Assembly (NCBI GenBank): GCA_973895155.1
Contig: OZ316892.1
Location: 16,916,357 to 16,980,356, forward strand
Direction of reading: 5' to 3'
Origin: Marsupella aquatica
Taxonomy: Eukaryota; Plantae; Marchantiophyta
DNA: 64,000 bases
The position numbers and the translations under genes were made by a program. Positions 12,444-25,598 of this stretch are shown piece by piece. Positions within the stretch are counted from its first letter, which is position 1; the number at the start of each line of letters is the position of its first letter. The notes below the pieces were generated by a model. It was not told where the DNA came from. It did no database searches and saw only the letters and a list, made by a program, of their open reading frames with translations.

Positions 12444-15136
12444 CTTTTTCTTCCCTCCAACACAATTGAATAATAGACTAAAAGCTGGGAAAAAAAGACA
12501 AAATTAACCCCAAAAACATGAAATTTCTCTTCTCAAGCATACAAAGCTAAAAACCTTTTATCTTATGTCAATCTATTTCCCCTCCACATGCCTTATGCCA
12601 AACCTCCATCCCAGGAATGTTGTATCTATTTCTGTTGTTGTTCAATGCCAAGGAGCGGGCCAAGGAGTACTCTATGCACTGGCTATAGAATAGCCAGCAC
12701 ACTCATTCATTTTGTACTTTAGCAGATGTTAGTGTAAGAGACTGATAAGAGGGATTTATATCGGTTGATGTTCAATCCTTCTCTAATATTTTATTTTGTT
12801 TTATTAGAAAACTAAAAAAGAGTGTTTATTCTCATGATACTGGAGAATATATTTATGTTCCATGAAAAACAGAGAGAAAGTTTAAGGAGGTTCTGTGTTT
12901 ATTCAAAAAGTTAGGATCAACAAAAATAAACTCCCCATAATTACCTCTGAAATTAGCTCTTCTGAACTGGCCATAAATGACGTTAAAAAAATCCTTCACT
13001 TTCTGACCTCCCCGTTGAGAATCTAAGCTTGCATGCATGAGCGGTGAATGTCCCTGAGACTAGTACACATTAGCCAGGAATGTCTTGAACTCTAGAGACT
13101 GTAAGATTCTTAAAGGTAAAGTAAGGACAGCTCATAGATCCCTCAAACAAACAATGTAGTGAGTTCATTTGCATTCATTGCCACTCGTCACAACTTGGAC
13201 GGAGGGTGTCCATGCCTCATGTAAACCCTTCGTGAATTTTTTCTTTTGTATGTGTGTACAAGGTTACGAGGCATTACCCCAGGTGATGCCACGAGCCTGG
13301 CCTGGGGATTATGAAATTTGAATGAGAAATAGAGTAAAGTGCAAGTGACAAACAGTGACAGATCAGACTTTTCCTATGTAAAATTGAACTGAATGCTATG
13401 TAAACATTCACTCAGGATTCATGCTCCGTAACCCTGTCCGACTCAGCGCCCTCGGGGTTTACAGCCCATTACCCCCTATTGGGGATGCGTTACCCTACAC
13501 TAAGCATTATTTTTAATTCCGAGTCCATGTCGCTCGATACAAACAAGGGAATCCTGCCACCTCTATGGTTTGCGAGGGATCTGCTGCTAAGGCTCAAATT
13601 CCACCTGCATTGTCTGGGATGGTGTTAGGTTTTGGTTTCACTCATTTATTAAAACGAGCTCATTTTCCAGCAATCCGAGAGATCAAAAATAAAATAAATT
13701 TATAGAGTTTGAGTTCAAGGGAAATACACATCTTATACAAATTCTTCGTATGCTGAAACATACTTCATTCCTTAATTACACATGTCATAATGTGCAGAGT
13801 TTGGTACATGTCAAATGTAGTTACTTACATTTGTTTTTTGGTGCAAAATGTAGTTAGCAGTTTGTTAATTTGCATGGTACTTGGAGATGAGAAAAAAAAG
13901 AGTACATGTACCCTAACTTTTCAACGGTTACTGCCATGGGCCAAGCCATGCCATGCATTACACCTGACAGAGGATGGTAAAATGTCTTTCTGGTCCTTGT
14001 AATGGGGACTGCAGCTTACATTCGAGGTTACATTGGCTTTACTTTTCAGTCGATAAGAGACCAGGAAGGGTTTATTAAATTAAGCTCGTCAGGATCTGGT
14101 GGACTTGATGGATTCAAGACTTGACCAGACACTTTGGTGCAATCTCTCCTATAATGATCTGTTTTTTAATATCTTGATGTTCATAAAAGTGGGGATAAGA
14201 GCAGATAGATGTTTCAGGAAAACTGAGAGGCCATCTATATTTAGTGTAGTGACACTACCCATAATTAGTGAGACTAAATGACATTAATTATTTAGGGAGA
14301 TGTACACCAATTTTAGTTAGATCAAATAATGTAATTAGTGTAGTGAATATATGATGCACATTCTATATACAACATATGAACTACTGTTCTTTTTAAAAAG
14401 GAGACAATGTGATTTTCAAGTGCATTTGTTACTTGGGAAAGAATTTATTCCTTAACTTTTGCATGCTAAACTGCAGATCTACGTTGCAAGTTGGCGCACA
14501 ATTATTGGGGGAGAGTACTTGAGACCATTTTGTTTAACAATTTCAAACTCTGGTGAATTGTTTAGATGTCTTTTGAGGTCAAGAAATCAAAGCCCGAATG
14601 GACTGCTATGTTGCCTTTAGAATCCCAGTAATTTGTGACATAGAGACAACTCACTTTACACCTAATGATGAGACTATCTACGAGCAAAGGGATGGTAGAT
14701 GTTCACATTAACAGAATTTTGTGTGCACTTTAAAAGTCAATTGAGAACCTGGATGGAATGGTCTAAAGGTCCAAATTTGTACGGTAGTTCCTTCCACAAA
14801 GGCAAAGTCTCAAACTACTCATTGTAACAAGAACAATGATAAGAGGGATTTATGGAGTTATGGAGAACTGAAAAATTATCCAAGGTGCTCTTTATAACAA
14901 GAGCAAGGCTCTATGAAAAATAGACTTTTATCACAATATTCCCCCAGATTAAAATCTCAAGTAACTATGCAGACACAAGATTAGTCAAAACCCTCCTTCC
15001 TACAAGATCAAGATTCTATTTAGGCAAATCAAAATTTCCTTTACCTCCACAAAGGCAGTTACGCTCATGGTAAAATCAATGATGCTCTATGAAACATAGG
15101 ATTCCCCAACAATTTTCTCTGAAGTTGTATGATCAT

Positions 15137-15328
15137 TTTGCAAAGTGTGAGTGTCTACAATCTCAAAGAAGTGTGTACAACAATTGCAATGTATGTATGA
15201 AAATTGAGTTCATTTAGGATTTAGATTTTGCCCTTTGCAAAGTGTGATTGTCTACAATCTCAAAGAAGTGTGTAAAAACTTGCAATGCATGTATGAATAT
15301 TGAGTTCATTTAGGCTTTAGTTTTGCCC
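15137..15328. repeat. ~97-bp direct tandem duplication
   Basis: TTTGCAAAGTGTGA.TGTCTACAATCTCAAAGAAGTGTGTA...TTTTGCCC occurs twice. Confidence 0.85.
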
Positions 15329-18300
15329 CTCCCTCCCTGGTGGGAATAGTTTCCTTGGTTCATAGGTCATTGTGGTAGTTGCTTATCTCTTCCATAAAGC
15401 TTTTGCAGCTTAATATAAACATATAAATATTTACTCCATCACAAATGCTTGAAGGTTTTCAACGGCCTAACTATATCTTAAGTTTATTGAACAACAAATT
15501 ATTAAAATAACTACCTAGAGAAAATATTATAATTGAGAGAATGACGCTAAGCTATCAATCAGTACTGATCTGCCCTAAACCTTTCAGACAAGTGATAATA
15601 TGCGGAGTAGACGAAAGTATTGGTCCTGGTTTGACGAGGTATTTTTGGACAGAATTGTAAAGAACAATATTGAGAAGATATTAGTCCGCCTGGGTTTAGC
15701 TCCTGAGATCAAATAGAATTTGTTCCAAGTTTTAAGTTAAATGTTTATTGAGTTCTTGGTTACCAAATGTGTTTCACATAGAGTGCTTATAAAGAATAAT
15801 TTTGGGGTTCCTCACATACACAATTTCATTTGTTTAAATTGCACCTGCCCATATAAAAGCACCATTCGATGTCTCACTACTGGTACACCTGAGTATGTAA
15901 GAGCCCTCCCCATTTGTTGCTGTTTAATTTGAAGGAACGGTGTCTCTCTAGTGCTCATTAGTGTCTTGTGGTGAACTCACCATACAAGGTATGACACTCA
16001 TAGCAAAAGATGAACCTAAGCCCATTCAAGTGAAAACTGACCCTTTACACCTTTTAATGAAATCTTATAGCTATAATTGCAGTTCATCGATTATACCACA
16101 GGCAAATTATTTTTTTGACTAGAGCTGGTCCTGTGCATTTTATAATGAAAGCTTGTAGGTATAATTGTGGCTTAACATTCTAACGCCTAACAAATTGTTT
16201 GTATTCAAGGAGCTTTCCTTCCAAGTTATGAGTGTCATCATTTTTCGAGCTTTGTTTTCTAAAATGTGTTGCTTGTAGCTATAATTGTGGTTTAACAATC
16301 TAGCGCCTTACAAGCTTGTATCCACTATCCACAAGCAAAACTGATAACCCCAATAGGACTTGAGATATTGATACCACTCTCAATAGTTACAATGTACAAA
16401 TTCAGACTAGCCTAAACGAGCTTCAATTGCTCAGGACACGTCTGATCTATCGTCCCTTCCGTCATCCTCTGTACAGCTACTGAACTACTTCACATCAGTA
16501 AACCATTGCTAAGTGAAAGCCATATAATCAACGGAGACAACCGAGTCCATTAACCTTTCTTTCGAACCAAAAGTAAAGGGAAATAGAAATGAGCGCTATG
16601 ATGGAGACAATCAACCTTAAACATTAACAACACAAACGGAAAAACTGAACGTTAACGAAGTAGGGGATCCTCGTAACAACCAACAACCTCAGCATTGTTG
16701 ATCTCACCTCGGACCGCCAGAGCAACATAAGCAGGCTTGTCGATACTAATAAGTCAGTACACGGTCCTTCATAGAACTACTCATACAGATACAACAATTC
16801 TTTAGCTACTCCACCTGGGAAAAGTAATAAGTGGCAGCTGCTTTGCAGAAATTATCGAGTATTAGTATTCGTATTCGTATTAGTAACAGCAGAAAAATAG
16901 AAACGAAAAGACTAAATAAACCCGATACGTCCAGAAACACCACTCTGAATTTCAACACCCTAGCCAAGTAGGCGTACAACACATGGATTCACTTACACAA
17001 CTAGTTTGGACCATTCTTGGAAAAACAGGCAAGCTCTGGAAACAGGATCCGAGACTTCAGTAACATTGCTTTGGAAACAACCGAGAATCAAGGGAAAGAT
17101 GAATGAAACTTCCCTCTTTTAACTAAAGTCCCAGACAAGAATTGGTCTGAGCCCTAAAGCCCCAGACAAGAATTGCTGTGGATTTCCTTGTGTTCATCAA
17201 CAATATATGGTCACTACACAAAAGGATGAGCTATGATCTTACACTATATATATCAAAAAATGAAGTCCTCCACGACTGTAAGCCACATTAATTCATCTCT
17301 TAGTAACCAAAACATTCTGCGCTGTATAAATATTCTTCCAAACTTAATTACTTAGCTAATCCTCAGGCGGAGCCGGCCTTCGAATAATGAGCTGCAAACA
17401 AATGCAATCACCATCAGATCAAGTCACAAATTGATGCAAAAAATCGATTCTTGCAATTAAACGTAGCGTAACCGTTACAGGTTGACCAGTGGCAATACCA
17501 AAGTTGGCAATTTCTAACTCTTCATTTAAGTCTCTCGTAACCTCTTGCTAATTTTGGGGTCCCAATAGTCAGATGCAGGGACATACCTAAAACACATGTC
17601 TAAATGAAAGATTTGATCGCGGTCTCGAGCGGCGCTACCAGATGTGCAACGCTTACTGAAAGTATTGCAAATTCCTCGTCCTCCTTCACAACCCACCGAA
17701 GACACGGATAGGGTAACTCTGCTACAGCAAAAGTTGAAAGTTTTGAAATGATAGAACAGTCAAGTCCAACGCGAAAGCGAAACGACTTCGATACCTCATC
17801 TAGTGGAGGTTATCCTCAACATGTTCTTTCCAATCTCCTTACTTGGAGTAAGAGCCAAGAGTAACAGCATACACAATGAAGACTGTGTGCTACACGCGCT
17901 GAATCTCTTGCTTGAAAGTTAAGACACAAAGTTCTCGGAAGCAAATGAAAAAAGCGATGACAGAGACACCCCTCGTCGCAGCAGTCTTACCAGAATTGTT
18001 CGGAAGAGGATGCAGATTGTGCCCGGTCAGGGCCTTCTTCTAATTGGACCCCTCAAGTCAGAGAGCCCCGTTGAGTATCCCATCCACGTAGCCACCACTC
18101 ACGGTTACGAATCTGCAGTTCTAACTGATACCGCTGCGATATAGCACCTCTACAAAGAAAAAGCTCACTGAGAAGGCTGAACGAACTGGTAAAATATTTT
18201 GGGTGCGGCGCACCACTCATGAGGACCCTTTGCCACAAGAATGGCAACTGTCTGTAATCCTTCGGACTTGAGCCCGTAAATAGGAACTAGTACTCGTTGC

Positions 18301-18503
18301 ATCTGATAACCAGACTTATGTCCTCAGAATAGACCAGCTCAATTCAGTGAATGCGCCTCCCAGTGTCTGCCTGCGCTATCCCTGCCAGCAAAGATCTATT
18401 TCTTGACTTTTCCTCTACATTGCGCACATCTAAGAATGTGATGTGTTGCCCGAATTCAACTATCATGCGCAAAATGCTGACAGGGGCAGGCCGTGCCGCG
18501 TCC

Positions 18504-21084
18504 TCATCGACGCCGGGCGTTGTTGAAACTTGCATCAGGCTGTTGTGGATGAGGCTGTTCGCCACAAGAAGGCGAGAGTATGGTCAGATAACATATATCA
18601 CCAACTTTAAGCAAACGAACACTCCTAGACACAAAAATGGATACACCTACAGAGACGAAACATGATGTAGGATTCTTTCTCCAAAAATAGCACCTGTGGG
18701 ATAGACTGTTGGAACCGATCATGAGGATGCATGTAAGCCATTGACGGCCCTGGGTAGGCATACTGAGGAGCATGCATGTACATCGCCATGCCAGAATGAG
18801 GACCAATGTTCCCTGGTGTATAGGGAGCCATCAGTGGGTCTGGAGGCCTAAAACTCATATTCCCAGGACCAGGAGTACCCCATGGAGGTCGCTGCATTCG
18901 CTGCTGAGGAATTGGAGGGGGAGGTGGTGGTTCCATGTGCATTTGTGGCCTAGGACCTGCCAGCTGCGGAAATTCTGTGTTGTAATTTACCAAGGGGGTG
19001 TATATAGCTTGCATGCCAAATGGACCACCAATGTTCATTCCAAATCCAGGCTCAAATCGCTGTGAATATCTGCAAGACAGCGAGATCACGTCAATAACTC
19101 ATGTCCACAGGACCTGAGAGACGCAATGCTGAAAGCAACGGACGCTACGAGGTTAATTCCAGGCAATGCTTGGCAATGCTCTTGAACACGAACATTGCCA
19201 AGCCGAAGACAACAGAGACGATTAGTGAAATTTCGAAAGATCTGTTCTATCTGGTTCAGTACCCTAGATGGTTAAGGAAACTTGAGAGCTAAAACCCAGC
19301 ATTCCGGTGCGTCTGCTAGACACTAGAACGTCAGACTCGAGGAATGAAGAGGAAACGGACCTATCGTAGTTCCGATCATAATCAGGATCCTTCCGGTCTT
19401 TCTCACGATCTCGGAAAATAGCCACTCGGCTGTTGCTATTTGCAATCAGCTTACCCCTGTTGAAACTCTCTTTTTCAAGGCTCAACGAGTAGTCGTGAAG
19501 AATCCTAACAGGACCTCCGATGTCGTGGGACTCCTCGACAGCTTTATACTTCTCATCCACCTTCACAACGTCTTCCACACTGAAACACTCTGCCACACGG
19601 AGATCGTCCGAAGTAACCACCTCCACCTCCCCACCTTTCCCAGCAGCCATCTCGTTACTGAAAATCCTCGCCCTGGCTTTGTTATACTCTTCTTTTCTCT
19701 CTTCCACACTCTTGGAAGGATTCAGTCTATTCCCGCTAGCACCGCCACTACCATCACCGTTTGCCCTGCCCCCTTTACTTGGCCTTTGCTTAATAGCAAC
19801 CTTGGGCATAGGCAATGCAACAGGTTTCTCCTCTTCGGGGCAATTCACAGGAATATCTGCCAGCCGGATCGTTGGGTACCTACTCTCCGCGTTCTTCCTG
19901 GCAACAATCCGAGTGCCTTCCACCGACCCACTATCAACGACCATAGATTGCAGGAAATAGTGCTGAGCCACACGGTGGGCTGCTAGCCTTAGGTAAGACG
20001 ACGGCATAGGCTGGAACTCCAGCTGCTGCTGCTTTGGGCTGCGCATGAACCTTTCAACTTCTTGCTCCAGACGCAAAACTGAAGAGACAAGAAACAAGAG
20101 CTGCATCAGTACCGTAGAAAGCTAGTGAGATGCATTAGCTGTGACACCAAAGCTCCTCACAGGTATCTCGGTGACGGAGAACGTTTGTAGCATTGAACTT
20201 TACACTGTCAGCATCAAAGTCCGTTCCGGAGGATGAGAACGATCGTAGCAGAATCTTGCCAGCACCAACAACCAGCGCCATACTAATCCCACATACAAGC
20301 ATTGCGCCACGCGAGTTGTTCAGCGTATTAGAGAAAAATCGCAATCTAAGCATGCCAACCTCGACCTAACTTAAGTAGGTGGAATCCTCCAGAACCCATA
20401 GGAGGAAGAACGCACGCAAACCTTTCCAAACTCGGCTCTCCAACAACCACTGGCATGAAGACCTAAAGTGACAAAGGCGTGCAAGCATCGTTTAGGGGCA
20501 TGCCCAATAAGTTCTTCCTCACTACGGGTATCACCTATAAATGGAAACACACGTCCCATTCGCGAACAAAACCAGCTGACAAAGTACGATGCTTCAATTC
20601 TTCGAGAACGGAGTCTTGCCACACAACCTTGACAAACAAAGAATCCCTGACTATATGACCGTACACCTTCAACAGACGTCTGCGCAGTGCTATGGAACGA
20701 TCCACAGAGACGCACGTAAAAGGAGAGGTGTAGGAGATGCAACGAAGCCATGGGATAGTCCATGCACAGGGGAGAGGAAATCGAAAACTCACTGGTGAGT
20801 CGATCCCGGGGATTTTGTAGAGCTTCACGCAAAAATCCGTCGACCTCATCAACGGTTGTGGCAGCGCCAGAAGCGTTATTCGCGGACAATAACACTTCAC
20901 CTTCAATTATATCACACTCCTCCCCATGCGAGCCAGACGAACACTTCGACGAGGCCATCAGGTTCTTCATGCTCTCTTCCAAATCAGCCATCTCCCACGA
21001 TTCAGGGGCCCCTTCTTCATCGGGAACCCCATTCTTCGTCGAACTTCCCAAAGCCTCCATCCCCAAGGGCAATCTTAAACCCAT
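18504..21084 (-). CDS. R3H- and SUZ-domain single-stranded nucleic-acid-binding protein, 4 coding exons
   Basis: Exons 21084-20793, 20078-19361, 19069-18694 and 18554-18504 splice in frame with GT..AG borders. Motifs: FLREALQNPRDRLTILRLE, R3H (SYLRLAAHRVAQHY), SUZ (KSVEERKEEYNKARARIF) and RVAIFRDREKDRKDPDYDR. Confidence 0.92.
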
Positions 21085-21994
21085 AAGTAACAGCAGTTCT
21101 CACCGCTCAACTCCGAGTCATTCACAGAGGTGGATGACAACCACCTCCTCGCACAGGTGCCTGACATACCGAATCAGAAAAAATGAATCCCGGACGAAGA
21201 GATCATTTCCGCTATGCCTCCCGTGCCGACCAAACCTCGTCTCTGCAGAAAAGAGGAGCGAGCAGGTGGCAACTCTTCCCGAAGGCGTGGCAACGAAATA
21301 CTCCTCTGAGCAGGGATGCAACTCGCATCGCAACCCTGGTCGATCGAACACGAGATCAAGTGGCGCTCCAAACGACTTAGGTGCTGGCAGAAGCAGTCTC
21401 GAAGCCCACACGAGACCCAAACAGAGTGGAAGCACGGCACCGCAATCCAAACCCACTCACACACAAAAAAACCCCCACCCTGCCGTGCTCCTGCTTGCTG
21501 CTCCTGCTTGTCTATGCAGGCTGCAGACGGCAGAAGACGACGGAATGGCAGGCACCCTTCCTTCTCTGTTCGAGATCCTCCTCTGATCCTCTCCGTCCCT
21601 GCTCCTCCTCCCACTCCACTCCACTCCGCTCCGCCAGCCAGCAACTAATTCCCAACGACAACAGCAACAAATAGAAGTCCCACCTCGACTGTTTGCTCAC
21701 CAATCCCTGCCTCCCTCCCTCCCTCCCTCCCTGTCAGCGGTCACCACTCACCACTACTAATGCCCAGAAGCGAAATTACGACAGTACTACTACTACTACA
21801 GTATTGGTACATCAGCGGCTCCGGCTTTGGGAAACCGCCGAGAGGTAGCAGCAGCCTCTATCGCTCTGCCTGCCATTTGATTCTCTTCACTCTTCATTCG
21901 TCCTACTCCATCCTCCCCCCCCCCCCCCCCTCCTCGAAAGCATGCCCCCCCCGTCCGCTTCCCTGTCCCCGCCCTCCTCCTCCGCTGGCAACGA

Positions 21995-22003
21995 TTAGGG
22001 TTT
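21995..22003 (-). promoter_or_regulatory. Telo-box (AAACCCTAA) in the C/G-rich 5' region of the R3H gene
   Basis: TTAGGGTTT on the + strand inside a strongly skewed C-rich region (21700-22130). Confidence 0.3.
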
Positions 22004-22384
22004 CCCACCTACGGTCTGATCAGACCTTCCGTGAGTAGTTTTCGAGTACTTTGCCCACCATCCCGCTCGCGCCCACGCCCCACGCCCCCACCCGCACCCC
22101 ACCCCACCCCGCCTAGAAAAAAGCCTTCTTTCTTCGAGAAGGTCGGGTCCGGTCGGGACGGGTGGGGTGGGGTGCAGTGGCTGGGGCTGGTGGTGGCTTT
22201 GGCTAGTGGTGGCTTTGGCTGGCTGGCTTACTAGACTGGGCGGCGGGGTGGGGAACTACTCTTGCTTCCTGCACTACTGACAGCGGCAGCGGCAGGCCCC
22301 TGGCTCTTGGGGTTGGCTACTTTGATCGCAAGTGGCAGATCACATAGAATTGTTGGGGGTGTGGGGGGGGTCGGCTGGGGAGTA

Positions 22385-22865
22385 AATTTACATGGAGGTT
22401 TAAAGTGACTAGAATGGTGTGGGGTGGGTCGAAAAATCTGTGGTTCCAGGAAAACTAGTTGTTCCGTGGTTTACATGACTGGAATGGGGTGGGGTGGGTT
22501 GTGCGTCGAAAAATCTGTGGTTCCAGGAAAACTACTGTAGTTGTTCCGTGGAAGTTTTAAGTGACTGGAATGGTGTGGGGTGGGTTGTGGGTTGAGAATC
22601 CTAAATTTCCATGGAGGTTTGATGTGCCTAGAAGGCTATGGCTGGGTTGTGGGTTGAAAAACCTGTGGTTCCAGGAAAACTGGCTGTTCCATGGAGATTT
22701 TATGTGACTGGAATGCTGTGGGGTGGGTTGTGGGTTGAGGTTTGATCTCCTAAATTTCTGTAGAGGTTTGATGTGACTAGAATGCTATTCGTAGACAACT
22801 GGTTGTTCCATGAAAGTTTTGCTGTGGGGTGGGTTGTGGGTTGAGAATCTGTGGTTCCTGAAAAA
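22385..22865. repeat. Degenerate G-rich tandem repeat (~60-70-bp units)
   Basis: Repeated GACT(A/G)GAATGGTGTGGGGTGGGTTGTGGGTTGA and CTGTGGTTCCAGGAAAACT blocks. Confidence 0.8.
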
Positions 22866-24445
22866 ATGCTATTGTCACTAACTTGGGTGGTCAATGCACT
22901 AGAGTCCGCACCAAAAATTGGTCTGGGGAAATGTGTTGGTGCCTTTCAGGATTTTTGGAAAATGATCACATTCAAAATTTATATTATGTTGAGTTCACCT
23001 CTGGCGGGTATTGTGACCCATCGCAAAGCAAAAACCCCCTTTGGGTTAAATGTGCTGAAAGTTGGGATGCACACAGAAATTTCTTACCAAAAAACCGGGA
23101 AATGGGTTTAAGACATGCTTGAGCTTTTCAAGAACCTCCTGACATTTTGTCAACAGCAGATTGAGGCATTTTTATTTTTTGTTCTTTGCCAATATGATAT
23201 ATGTTTTTGGCTTGGTTGGTTGGTGAACTTTGTTGTATCTGTTGCAAGGTCCCCTATTGTGTCTGGCAATCTACATGTGATGGGATGTTGGCCCCAACCA
23301 CAGGTGGATGGGTTTTTGTGATTGTTAGTCAACAAATAAAAAATGTGATGAGTATGGAGGGGCTACCCTACTGTGCGTGTTGGCTATTACCATTAGGAGA
23401 TGGATTTTTTGTGAATAGTCTACACAAGAGCTGATTAATATAATAGTGAATTTTTCAGTGATTGATATAAAAGTGAAATTTCTAGTGGAAATTTAGTTTT
23501 CGCTATTGTATTTACAAATATGCCATGATTTTACAATACTCCTAATTAGTTAGAGGACCCCTTGGTTATGTAAGTTTGATGTTATTCAACAATTAATCCG
23601 TGGACCCCCATGTTATTTTAGAGGCAGTTATCTAGAAACTGAATTTCCAAAATTCTTCCCTCCAAAAAAACTGACATGCAAATCAAAAGACAAAAAGATT
23701 GAAGTAAAACTACTCCCAATAACGGTTTTATTTACATTTTGATTTTATTCAAAACATAAAATTTTCCCAGCAACAATTGTTTATTTGACATTGTTGAGTC
23801 AAATCATAATGAAATTTCACGTATAATATGGCATTGGAAAGATCTTGAAGAGACGGTCCTAATGAGCTTGGCACTGTCACCATTCGATAAGAATAGAATA
23901 AGTAATTTGAAAAATAGATTTTACCTCTGATTTCATAATCTCTAACGTAATAAAAATCTTTGTTGTACAACCCCTTAAATGTTGACCCCTTCCATGAGAA
24001 TGAACCTAAAATTGACAGATTTTATTGAGTAGTAAGGAGATTATGAACTTTAGAATTTCTTTAGCTTTTTAATGAACTTAACATTGATAGGCAAGTGACA
24101 GGGTTTACGGATTATTACATTCTTTTTTATGGTATGGCGTCCCAGTTTTTACAGCAAAGTTGCCACAAACACCAACGCATAAGTTAATTCTATCCAAAAG
24201 CAAGTCTCTTCCTGTTCGCAACGTGCCATGATGATATGGTACGCTGTGGAGCCAGGAATTTTGGAAACAACCCCTAATGGGGGTCCGTAACTACGTTAGA
24301 ACACATGAAGAGCTGCATATTGGAATATATTTGAATATGGAGATGCAAGAAAAAAGAGTAGATAATTATTTATGGAAGAGTGCATGCACAACGTCCCCTT
24401 GGTACTCCTATGTCCATAGAGTCCATGAAAAATGCTATAGAAGCC

Positions 24446-24565
24446 AAAGGGTTTCTTAATTACATTCCTTTGGTATTCCTTTCTCCATAGTAGTCAAAGG
24501 GTTTCTTATGTTCCTTTGGTGTTCCTTTTTCCATAGTAATCAAATGGTTTCTTACGTTACCTTGG
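24446..24565. repeat. ~48-bp tandem repeat (about 2.5 copies)
   Basis: CAAA(G/T)GGTTTCTTA..TTCCTTTGGT..TCCATAGTA is repeated. Confidence 0.7.
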
Positions 24566-25180
24566 TAAATGTTAGAGCAGTTGAAGAGTTTCTTTCTACC
24601 CATGCATGGTTATTCCAGAAATTGCTAATTAAACAGGAAACTCTTATAATCTATTGGAGAACACTGATATATCAATCACAACCCATCCAAAGGTTATTTT
24701 CTTTTACCCCCATTTCACCCTTTTTTGGTTTATTTGAAATGTTATTTTTCAGTTTTCAATTGTTTTACAGTTACAAAGTCTAACTATTTTTCTTTGACTT
24801 GTTTCAAACACACATAGTCTTGTTTGGTACATTTTGCATGATGAACAGTTCTTGTTTGTGACCAATATTGTTGATGTGGCTGCACATGCTTCTAGGGATT
24901 TTGGAAAGAACTTCCCATGGGGGTCCTACCAAAGACCGAGAGTGGTTAACTATGGGTCATATTCCGGCCCCTATGGGACATGTGTCAAAGGTGAAATATC
25001 TTCCGTCTAGACTGCCCTGAAGTTTCTCTCAAGCAAATGTAAAGAGCAATCGTTTAGGGTCTAACTACTATATGTCTGTCCCTAGATTGCCACAAAATCC
25101 TCCATTTACCAACATGGAGCTTAGCGGGGACCACACAAATCTTTGTGGTTGACCTTCAACATTGAGAAGGCATTTGGAGC

Positions 25181-25598
25181 TTAAAGTGCCATTGTCCATG
25201 ACAAAACCTGGATCCACCAGGTTTCACCATTTTTATTGCCTCTGTCACGAAACTGTGAAGCAAAGTATCACCTTAGAGGGGAGGAATGTGAAAAAGGGAG
25301 AAGTCCTGGGCACTTCTCTTTTTACATGGCCAATGGTGGTTAAGTGACCTAGAAGTGAGATGGGCAACCTGATCAGTTACTGTTGTGTGGATTTTTCTTC
25401 TTCTTTGATCCTCTTAGACCACTACTGGAATATAAAAGGAGAAGTGTCCAAGACTTCTCCCTTTTTTCACATTCCTCTCCTCTAGGGTGAGACATTGCTC
25501 CACAATTCTAGAGACATTGCTCCACAATTTCACGAAAAATGTATTGAAAATGGTGAAACCTAGTGGATCCAGATTTTGTCATGGATAGTGGTCTTTAA
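25181..25598. mobile_element. Two inverted copies of a ~160-180-bp MITE forming a foldback with outer TTAA ends
   Basis: 25185-25340 is an imperfect reverse complement of 25416-25594. TTAA lies at 25181-25184 and 25595-25598. Each arm has its own short terminal inverted repeat (e.g. AGACCACTA...TAGTGGTCT). Confidence 0.75.

Noticed and set aside
16150-16320. TTGTGGTTTAA at ~16285 as a right end of the ACCAC family
   Set aside because: It lies inside a local ~50-bp direct repeat that continues past the TTAA, and no partner end was found.
20762-21674. Several long plus-strand ORFs, including the 274-aa one
   Set aside because: They are antisense to the R3H gene's first exon and GC-rich 5' region and have no recognisable motifs.
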